From the NCBI GenBank assembly GCA_964510165.1, contig CAZEBC010000090.1, positions 1 to 15,628 on the forward strand: a DNA stretch of 15,628 bases, in the 5' to 3' direction. The translations under genes were made by a program, and so were the position numbers. This DNA comes from an uncultured bacterium. Its GTDB lineage: Bacteria; Abyssobacteria; SURF-5. How positions within the stretch are numbered: position 1 is the first letter of the stretch; the number at the start of each line of letters is the position of its first letter. Shown one piece after another: positions 6,280 through 13,134 of this stretch. The notes below the pieces were generated by a model, which did not search any database, had not been told where the DNA came from, and worked only from the letters and a program-made list of their open reading frames with translations.

Positions 6280-9201
6280 TCATGTGATCTTCACGATGCT
6301 GACACGCGAGCTATAGAAGTCCGCGCTCCCGCCGATCTTGTCCTGAAGGCACACATTCTTCAGGTGCGGGTCGAGCGTGAGGACCTGATTGCCCTGCAGG
6401 CCGGTCCCGCGTCGGGCGTCGTAGTCTTGCAGCATCCCGTCAATTGTGGTTGCGGGCCGCGAGCTGAGTTGCCAATGTCCGTAACTCTGCGAGATGGCGG
6501 CGACCCCGGGCCGCATGCCCTGTCTGACTTTCGCCTTGCCCTCGATTCCCTTTGGGTTCGAGCGTGAACTGACGCGAACCATGTCGCCGGTCTCGATGCC
6601 GAGAGAGGCGGCGTCGGCGGCGTTCATCTCGACGAAATTCTCGGGCATAATCACCTGTACGAGCCAGGGATTAACGATGGTCCTGGACTGCGTGTGGTTG
6701 ACGGGCTTGTACGTGACAAGCGTGAACGGATATTTGGACGGGTCATCCTTGATCTCTTTCCCCATGACATCCATCACCGGCTCATACTTCGGTATTCCGC
6801 TGAAGTACTCGCCGGTCATCGAGTCTCTGGTCTGCGCGAGTGACTCGATGAAGAAACGGAGGATGCCCTCGTAGCGATGAGCCACATACTCGCCGTCGTA
6901 CGTCTTGTCGTCGTCCTCGAACACGCCGCCCTTGGCGAGTATGTCCAACTGCGGAGTGCCCGTTTCCGCCGACAGATTGTCCAGCAGCTTGCGGTACCAA
7001 TCCCAGGCGTTGTCGAGCTTGTCGCCGTCCTCGAACGCGCCGGCGCCGACACCGGGGAGTTGGAGCTTCTTGGCGACGGCGATAAAGAAATCCTCCAGCA
7101 GCATCGTGTCACCGACTGCCGGAGTGTAGTTCATGTCTTCACCGAACGAACCGACCACGGGGCGGCGGAAGTGGCTCACTTTCGTCTGGATGGTCGGCGC
7201 GAGGTGAGGCGTGCCGAACCGTTCAAGGTAGCAGGGGTCGGGCAGAATGTAGTCAGCCCAGCACGAGGTCTCGTCGGGCTCCAGCGAGAACGCGATGTGA
7301 TGCGGCAGCAGTTCTTCATCCGCGAGGATTCTCTCGTAGACCGCACGCGCGGCGGGAGTCGTGTATACCATGTCGTTCCAATACGTGAACAGCACGTCAA
7401 TGCCGTACGGGTAGCGGTCGGCGAGGCTCGGCAGTATCTCTTGGAAATTACCGTTGAGGGCGAACGGGAACCACGGGCGCCGGGCCGGATAGCCGCCGTC
7501 CCGCTCAAAAATGTTTGGCGCGTCGGTCTCGTAGTTCGCCTTTACACGGGTAACCTGAATTCCCGTTGCGGAGACGCCGCCCGGGACCTTGGTCACATCG
7601 ACGGCGCCTGCCGCGCCGTTCCCGTCCATCTCGTGCCAGTGACCTCCTCCGGTCGTGTTGCCGCCCTTCCAGTTGAGGCTTCCGGCGAGCGCATTGAGCG
7701 CCAGGATGCACAGCATGTTGTATGTGCCGTTGGTGTGTTTGACAGGGCCGCGATAAGCGTTTGCGACGGCCTTCTTGCCGTGACTGGCGAACTCGGAGGC
7801 GATGTTCTCTATGGTGGTCGTGTCTATCCCGCAGATAGCGGACCACTCGCTCATGCTCCTCGAGTTCGCCTCCTCCTTGAGCAGAGTGAATGCAGTCTTG
7901 CACTTGTGGTCATTTATGCTGACTGAGCCACCGGGCGCTTCGAGCAACCCACGGCGGGGAGCGTGTGATTTGTTCTTGGGGTCGGGCAAGGCGACGGGGA
8001 GGCCGGTCGTTTCGTCAAGGATCACGTAATCCTGGGCAGTCCCGCCAGTGATCCCCGCCTCATCCGCTCTTAAATAGGCTGCAGGTCTGCCTTCCACGAT
8101 TTTGACGAGATGCGTCGCGTCCGTGAAGCTGTACTCTTTCGGAATTCCCGCGAGCGCGGCGGAGAGGTTCGCGTTGGTGAGATAGGTGTGGTCATACCCG
8201 TTGTTCCTGATCATGTGCTGAATGAGCGCCAAGACGAACGCCGCATCGGTCCCCGGCTTGATGGGAACCCATTGGTCGGCCTTTGCCGCCGTATTGGAGA
8301 AGCGAGGGTCCACCACCACCATCTTTCCGCCGCGCTTCTTGAACTCCATTGTCTTTCGCGAGAGCGGATTCATAGGGAACCCGGCTTCGAGCGGGTTGGT
8401 GCCTATGTAGAGGATGTACTCGCAGTTCAGGAGGTCCGGCTTGAAGTGGTTGGTCTTTCCGTCGGTAACAAGGCTGCCGGCTACGTGGTGGCTGGTCTCG
8501 CAGATGCTGGTGTGCGGATGCCGGTAGTTGATGGTGCCGAGTTGATTTTTGAAGAACCGGTCCGTGAACTCGGCCTGTCCGTTCTCAAGCCGGCCGGGCG
8601 AGAAGAGCACCTTGTTTGCGATGGGGCCAAGCTCGGGCGCCTTGGGGTCTATCAACGTCGTGGTGTCGGCGTAAGGGGCAAGGATGGCGGCGATTTCATT
8701 GACGGCCTGCTCCCACGTGATGCTCACCCATTTGCCTTCTCCGCGTTTGCTGCCGGGCGCCCGCTTTATCGGCGTGAGAAGCCTGTACGGATTGTACAGC
8801 GTCTGGATGCCGCTCTGTCCCTTCACGCAGACTGTGCCCACGGTCTGCTTTGCCTCTTCGGGCGGTGTCGAGTAGGGCAGACGTTCGCCCGGCTCCAGGC
8901 AGTTCGGGTGGTAGGGATTCCCGTCAATCTTCACAAGGACTCCGTCAACCACCTTCGCCCTGATGCCGCATGAGCCATGACACATTAGGCACACGCTGTA
9001 TTTGATTTCGGTCAACGCGTCCGTCTCGAGGGCATCGGGGAGAAACTCGCCGGTTGTGAGCGCGTGTGCGACGCGCGGCTTGATTAAGACGGGTGTCGCC
9101 GCCAGCGTGGTCATCACTCCGCTTATCCTGATGAAGTCCCTTCTGCTTAACCCCGAATTGAACCAGCTATCAAGTTGTCGTCTTTTTCTTGTCCCAATCA
9201 T
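6280..9201 (-). CDS. Tat-exported Mo/W-bisPGD oxidoreductase catalytic subunit (DMSO reductase superfamily, tetrathionate reductase TtrA/SrdA-like clade)
   Basis: Tat motif SRRDFIR with an AHA cleavage site. FS0 motif CLMCHGSC...C(VKG) carries the TtrA-type insert GNPYHP...LPYSTP. Also KRGEGKW, candidate Cys metal ligand in HTSICETSHH, VVVDPRFS, PIKPGTDAA, ADYILPD, and a C-terminal molybdopterin-dinucleotide domain ending DKIGGSADFY. RBS AAGGAGG. Substrate is not determinable from sequence. Confidence 0.93.
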   Translation of the reverse strand: MIGTRKRRQLDSWFNSGLSRRDFIRISGVMTTLAATPVLIKPRVAHALTTGEFLPDALETDALTEIKYSVCLMCHGSCGIRAKVVDGVLVKIDGNPYHPNCLEPGERLPYSTPPEEAKQTVGTVCVKGQSGIQTLYNPYRLLTPIKRAPGSKRGEGKWVSITWEQAVNEIAAILAPYADTTTLIDPKAPELGPIANKVLFSPGRLENGQAEFTDRFFKNQLGTINYRHPHTSICETSHHVAGSLVTDGKTNHFKPDLLNCEYILYIGTNPLEAGFPMNPLSRKTMEFKKRGGKMVVVDPRFSNTAAKADQWVPIKPGTDAAFVLALIQHMIRNNGYDHTYLTNANLSAALAGIPKEYSFTDATHLVKIVEGRPAAYLRADEAGITGGTAQDYVILDETTGLPVALPDPKNKSHAPRRGLLEAPGGSVSINDHKCKTAFTLLKEEANSRSMSEWSAICGIDTTTIENIASEFASHGKKAVANAYRGPVKHTNGTYNMLCILALNALAGSLNWKGGNTTGGGHWHEMDGNGAAGAVDVTKVPGGVSATGIQVTRVKANYETDAPNIFERDGGYPARRPWFPFALNGNFQEILPSLADRYPYGIDVLFTYWNDMVYTTPAARAVYERILADEELLPHHIAFSLEPDETSCWADYILPDPCYLERFGTPHLAPTIQTKVSHFRRPVVGSFGEDMNYTPAVGDTMLLEDFFIAVAKKLQLPGVGAGAFEDGDKLDNAWDWYRKLLDNLSAETGTPQLDILAKGGVFEDDDKTYDGEYVAHRYEGILRFFIESLAQTRDSMTGEYFSGIPKYEPVMDVMGKEIKDDPSKYPFTLVTYKPVNHTQSRTIVNPWLVQVIMPENFVEMNAADAASLGIETGDMVRVSSRSNPKGIEGKAKVRQGMRPGVAAISQSYGHWQLSSRPATTIDGMLQDYDARRGTGLQGNQVLTLDPHLKNVCLQDKIGGSADFYSSRVSIVKIT

Positions 9202-9253
9202 TGCAATGCCTCCTTAACGCCGGCAGCCGGAAACGTTTCTTTCACTTTCATCA

Positions 9254-9856
9254 TCAGCGCGCATAGAACGGCAATCCCGGACCCCGGGAACTGTGACACG
9301 CCGCACAAAGCTCGGGGTTCACCTGCCGTCTCAAAGCGCCTGCTGATTGCTCCACGAGATCGACCGTTGGGTGACAATGCAGGCATTTGTCATTGTCGCT
9401 CACGCCGGGAACGAACGGCATCATCACTTTGTGCGCGGCTGGAATGTTGGGCTCGAGCGAGGTCTCGGACGCCATGGTCCCGTGACAACTCACACACTGG
9501 TTGTTGTATTGCGAGGAACTGCTGTTGTGAAGTGCGATCAGATTGATGCCCGGGCCCGGTCTAGCGCCTTCATCCTCGTCATCGTCCTTGTTTTCGTCAT
9601 CCTCTGCGTCATCGAGATCATCGCCAACATTGTCCCCGTCGTCCTCATCGTCATCGACTTCTTCAGAGTCGTTACCGAGACGAGAGTCGGACTCCTCTTC
9701 GTCAAAGAAGGTCTTGAACCAGGAGGTGACGCGTTCAGAGATGCCGCGCTCGCGAGTCCTCGAGGAGCGCGAATCGGCAGATGCTTCCGCCGCGCCCATG
9801 GTTAGCCAGACCGCGAGCACCAGGAAGAAGAGTGACAACCCAATCGTTGACTTCAT
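9254..9856 (-). CDS. Secreted triheme cytochrome c (200 aa) with an acidic low-complexity linker
   Basis: Start at ATG 9856 after AAGGGGGGA. Sec-type signal MKSTIGLSLFFLVLAVWLTMGAAEASA. Three CxxCH motifs: CVSCH 9482-9496, CLHCH 9371-9385, CAACH 9293-9307. Confidence 0.88.
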   Translation of the reverse strand: MKSTIGLSLFFLVLAVWLTMGAAEASADSRSSRTRERGISERVTSWFKTFFDEEESDSRLGNDSEEVDDDEDDGDNVGDDLDDAEDDENKDDDEDEGARPGPGINLIALHNSSSSQYNNQCVSCHGTMASETSLEPNIPAAHKVMMPFVPGVSDNDKCLHCHPTVDLVEQSAGALRRQVNPELCAACHSSRGPGLPFYAR

Positions 9857-10085
9857 GGTTTCCCCCCTTGTACGCGCCTTTCCGTGAAGGCAAATGTTGG
9901 TGTGGTTGCGTGAATGGTTAATTTCTGGGGACTTTGCTATTGCAGGAATTACTCTTTGGAGTGCTGAAGGAAAACTCCTTGACCGATGAATCGGTTGATG
10001 GGCGCGAAGCTGTGCGCGGGCTCTGCGAAGTCGCGAACGCATCGTCGTGATTGAGTAAGCCGGTCTGCATAGTGCGGGAAGACAG

Positions 10086-10102
10086 AGCAAGTCATGTGCC
10101 AA
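10086..10102 (-). promoter_or_regulatory. Sigma-54 (RpoN) -24/-12 promoter for the cytochrome/molybdoenzyme operon
   Basis: Minus strand reads TTGGCAC-ATGAC-TTGCT, matching TGGCAC-N5-TTGCW with exact spacing. It is intergenic and points toward the operon. Confidence 0.8.
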
Positions 10103-10123
10103 TAGGAGATCGATCTCCAATTG
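10100..10123. promoter_or_regulatory. Palindrome abutting the -24 element, candidate regulator site
   Basis: CAATAGGAGATCGATCTCCAATTG: perfect 14-bp core GGAGATCGATCTCC (10105-10118), extending to 24 bp with one mismatched pair. Confidence 0.4.
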
Positions 10124-10235
10124 ATGTTCTTTAAGTTCCTCATCTGCGGGGAGATGCAATAGAAGATTAGCTGCATGCAACGCGCCACGGTTCGTGTCGG
10201 CGAGTCGCCTTTTTGGGGAGTAAGCATTTCTCTTT

Positions 10236-10309
10236 TAGGGTTTTTTCCCCTACGACAGGACCGTATCATGTTTGCCGATTGACTATCCTGATGTGTCAAG
10301 AGTATCATG
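10236..10309. promoter_or_regulatory. Candidate upstream activator (enhancer) sequences
   Basis: TAGGG-N7-CCCTA (10236-10252) and TTGAC-N11-GTCAA (10279-10299), the latter flanked by direct repeats GTATCATG (10263-10270, 10302-10309). They lie about 135-205 bp upstream of the sigma-54 -24 box. Confidence 0.3.
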
Positions 10310-10477
10310 AGCCAAACGAGGTGAGAACAATCTGAATCTACGTCACGCATCGTCTCGATGAGATGCCTGATAGCGTGGCGCATGTCCTCACGCTGCGAAC
10401 GGGCGAGTGTTTCGAAAGGGCCGCCGAAGCGATGTCTTGGGCGCGTAGCATGTGAGGATGAAAGGAATTGTCAACCT

Positions 10478-11368
10478 ATGGAAGAGCGATTTCGCTATGA
10501 TTGCTCCGGCTTGTGGTTCAAGGGAAACATCCACATGCATACAACGCGGTCGGACGGGAGACTGACAGTGGCCGAGGCCGCCGACTTTTATGCGGAAGCC
10601 GGCTATGATTTCATTTGCATTACCGATCACATGGTTCCCTTTGTCGGAGACAATTTCAACAATGCATGGCCGCTCCTTATTCTGGATGGAATCGAATTGC
10701 ACGGGGAAGACGACAAAGGCGTATTGTTCCATGCGGTATGTGTGGGCGAGGTTCGAGGCATAACGACCGAAACGGGATTTATGGAAGCGCTGGGGCGGGC
10801 GCGCGCCCGGGACTGCATCCTGATTTGGGCTCACCCCCATTGGTCAGGAAACACCGCGGCAGATGGAATGCGGCACAACTTTCACGGCATTGAGGTGTGC
10901 AACTACTCCTCGCAGGTAGGCGAGGGAAAGGGCATGGGCGCTTACCATTGGGACGCGGTTCTTGAACAGCATGGTGACATGCTCGGGTTTGCTGTCGATG
11001 ATTCCCACTTCTTCGAGGGCGCAACCGCCGAGCCGGGGGCCTGGATCATGGTGAACGCGCCAGAGCTGTCGCCCCATGCGGTCACCGCCTCCATACGAGC
11101 GGGCAATTTCTATAGCTCCACGGGCCCCGTCATTGACCGGATATGGATAGAGAGGGGCAATCGGCTCGTTGTAGAAACCTCGCCTGTGATGCATGTCCGC
11201 CTTATCGGACCACGGGACAAAGCAAAATGGAAGAATGCGCTTGGGAAAGAGCCGATGACCCATGCTCATTTCAGGATACCCGACGACTGGTCATACGCTC
11301 GATTGGAGATCGAGGACGCCCAGGGAAAGACAGCATGGACGAATCCGCTTCTCAGAGCCAGAAGCTGA
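10478..11368 (+). CDS. PHP-domain metallohydrolase (CehA/McbA-like family)
   Basis: WFKGNIHMHTTRSDG, YDFICITDH, GIE, WAHPHW, DDSH, GNFYSSTGP and C-terminal AWTNP. Start moved to ATG 10478 (AAAGGA upstream). Confidence 0.9.
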   Translation: MEERFRYDCSGLWFKGNIHMHTTRSDGRLTVAEAADFYAEAGYDFICITDHMVPFVGDNFNNAWPLLILDGIELHGEDDKGVLFHAVCVGEVRGITTETGFMEALGRARARDCILIWAHPHWSGNTAADGMRHNFHGIEVCNYSSQVGEGKGMGAYHWDAVLEQHGDMLGFAVDDSHFFEGATAEPGAWIMVNAPELSPHAVTASIRAGNFYSSTGPVIDRIWIERGNRLVVETSPVMHVRLIGPRDKAKWKNALGKEPMTHAHFRIPDDWSYARLEIEDAQGKTAWTNPLLRARS

Positions 11369-11374
11369 CCAGAA

Positions 11375-11400
11375 GATTCTTCGCTTTGCTCAGAACGACA
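11375..11400 (+). repeat. REP-like intergenic repeat, copy B
   Basis: GATTCTTCGCTTTGCTCAGAACGACA, 6 nt after the PHP gene stop; 21/26 identical to 4940-4965. Confidence 0.6.
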
Positions 11401-11501
11401 TATGGGGGCGGAATAGCGCAACGACACATGAAAGTGCAATGCCACATCGGGAACATTTCAAAATAGGGAAACGGATTCCAAGTCCTGGCCGTATCTGCGA
11501 C

Positions 11502-11530
11502 TTGATTGGGGGTGCGTGCTCCTGTATACT
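11502..11530 (+). promoter_or_regulatory. Putative sigma-70 promoter for the phosphotriesterase-family gene
   Basis: TTGATT (11502-11507), 17-nt spacer, TATACT (11525-11530); 60 nt upstream of ATG 11591. Confidence 0.55.
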
Positions 11531-11590
11531 TCGGAAGCATGAGGAGGCTTATCGGATTGACAATGAAGGAACAAGGCAAGGAGCGGTTTC

Positions 11591-12619
11591 ATGGAGGCAT
11601 TGAAGGGAAAGATACAGACCGTGCTGGGCGCCATAGAGCCCGGACAGTTGGGCTTTACGCAAACCCACGAGCACGTCTTTGTCGACTTGTTACCGCAGGC
11701 GCTGCGCGAGGAGAACGTTGGAGACGCGATCACGCTGGAGAACATCGGCTATCTTCGCCGCAACTGGCTCAGCAATCCGGCCAACCTTGTTCTCAGCAGC
11801 GAGGCCGACGCAATCCAGGAGCTCAAGCGGTTCAAGAATTCCGGCGGCAACGCAATTGTGGAATTGACGCCGAACTTGAATTGCCGGAATCCCGAGGGAT
11901 TGGTTCGGGTGTCCCGCGCTACGGGCGTTCATATCGTCATGGGCACGGCCTTTTACAGCGCTGCGTATCATCCGCCCGATATCGAATCCATGTCCGAAGA
12001 GGACATCGCGGCGGTCTTTGTGAAGGATATTATCGAGAGCGCCGAGGGGACCGACATCAGAGCGGGCATCGTCGGCGAGATAGCGCTGGACTGGCCGGTG
12101 CACCCGAATGAGGCCAAGGTGCTTCGCGCGGGCGCGCTCGCCCAAGCTCAAACCGGGGCTGCCCTCAATATCCATCCCGGCCGCGACTCTGAATCTCCGC
12201 ATGAGGCCATCCGCATTGTCAGAGAGGCGGGGGGAAACCCTGAGCGAACGGTCATGAGCCACATTGACCGCACGCTGTTCAGCCTCGACGATGTGTTCAG
12301 GCTCGCCGACACCGGCTGCTATCTCGAATACGACCTGTTCGGACAGGAGGCCAGCTATTATCCGCTGGCGGATATCGATATGCCGAACGACGCCGCGAGA
12401 GTGGATTACATCATCGCGCTCATCAAGAGAGGGTATCGCGACAAGATTCTCATGTCGCTCGACGTTTGCCACAAAACGCAGTTGGCGCGGTATGGCGGCG
12501 AGGGGTACAACCACATTCTTGACAATGTGCTTCCGATTATGCGGCGTAAAGGGATGAGCAACGAGGATATCGAGGCGATCACAGTCCGCAATCCCGCCCG
12601 CATGCTGTCATTCGCGTGA
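11591..12619 (+). CDS. Phosphotriesterase-family amidohydrolase (PTE-homology / aryldialkylphosphatase-like)
   Basis: IQTVLGAI..LGFTQTHEHV metal motif, AGIVGEIA (Glu in the bridging-ligand region), NIHPGR, MSHIDR, YLEYDLFG, MSLDVC, YGGEGY and NPARML. RBS AAGGAG. Confidence 0.95.
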   Translation: MEALKGKIQTVLGAIEPGQLGFTQTHEHVFVDLLPQALREENVGDAITLENIGYLRRNWLSNPANLVLSSEADAIQELKRFKNSGGNAIVELTPNLNCRNPEGLVRVSRATGVHIVMGTAFYSAAYHPPDIESMSEEDIAAVFVKDIIESAEGTDIRAGIVGEIALDWPVHPNEAKVLRAGALAQAQTGAALNIHPGRDSESPHEAIRIVREAGGNPERTVMSHIDRTLFSLDDVFRLADTGCYLEYDLFGQEASYYPLADIDMPNDAARVDYIIALIKRGYRDKILMSLDVCHKTQLARYGGEGYNHILDNVLPIMRRKGMSNEDIEAITVRNPARMLSFA

Positions 12620-12677
12620 AACACCGTGCAAGACCGGACCCGATTTTCCCGGGACAGATTTCAGGAGGAGAATTCAT

Positions 12678-13085
12678 ATGGAAAGGCCCACCCAAAGGAG
12701 CGTGTGAAGGCATCTCTCAGCTTTCAGGAAACCGACATCGTTCGCTACGACCCGGTGATCTCTTTGCCGTGGAAATGTGTTTGACATAATTCCGGACATG
12801 ATAGAAATGGGGCTTGACGTTCTCGAGTCGCTTCAGCCTGAGGCAATGAATGTGTACGAGATTAAGCGGAGGTATGGTAAGAACCTTCGGCTTTGGGGCG
12901 GGCTCGGAACTCAGCAACTGTTGCCCTTTGGCAGTCCTGAGAGTGTTCGACGCGAGGCCCGACGACTCAAGTCCGAGATGGGTAAAGGGGGCGGTTACAT
13001 ACTTGCTCCGGCCAAACCGCTCATGCCGGAGGTACCTACCGAAAACGCGGTCGCCGTCACCGAGGAGTTTTCGCGCCAGAGTTGA
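12678..13085 (+). pseudogene. Uroporphyrinogen decarboxylase (URO-D/MtaA-like) family pseudogene, frameshifted and internally deleted
   Basis: RBS AGGAGG then ATG 12678 (MERPT). A frameshift leads into the N-terminal motif PKERVKASLSFQETDIVRYD (from 12692). Then, in another frame after TGA 12756-12758, comes the C-terminal region SLCRGNVFDIIPDMIEMGLDVLESLQPEAM...WGGLGTQQLLPFGSPESVR...GGGYILAP...VPTEN. Confidence 0.8.
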
Positions 13086-13134
13086 CGGAGGAACGACCGG
13101 TAATGGCTTGTCATCCGGGAGGGGAGGGGGTACA

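Noticed and set aside
6280-9201. Assigning the gene symbol ttrA (or arrA/srdA)
   Set aside because: Clade-level similarity is evident, but there is no ttrC or ttrSR here and the active-site loop differs, so orthology and substrate are unproven.
9242-9256. TGA-TGA-TGA-AAG-TGA after the cytochrome gene as possible selenocysteine readthrough or fusion to the Mo subunit
   Set aside because: Stacked stops indicate firm termination, the downstream gene has its own RBS and Tat signal, and no SECIS-like hairpin was recognised. The Mo subunit has Cys, not an in-frame TGA, at its candidate ligand position.
9569-9703. TCG/TCA-rich repetitive DNA as a possible tandem repeat or CRISPR-like array
   Set aside because: It simply encodes the Asp/Glu tract of the cytochrome; there is no constant repeat-spacer structure.
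9857-10075. Moco/Wco riboswitch upstream of the molybdoenzyme operon
   Set aside because: The position is attractive, but I could not find the expected ordered conserved elements. An Rfam scan would be decisive.
9857-10180. 108-codon N-terminal extension of the cytochrome ORF
   Set aside because: It runs through the sigma-54 promoter; the RBS and signal peptide both point to ATG 9856.
10398-10432. Resemblance to a c-di-GMP-I riboswitch (GGCGAG...TTC-GAAA-GGG...CGAAGC)
   Set aside because: The stem around GAAA is weak, and the conserved GGCAAA and GACGCAAAG elements are not matched.
12850-13134. 95-codon N-terminal extension of the MBL ORF (likewise 10358-10477 for the PHP gene)
   Set aside because: The MBL extension overlaps the URO-D remnant in another frame. 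RBS positions and protein features fit starts at 13135 and 10478.
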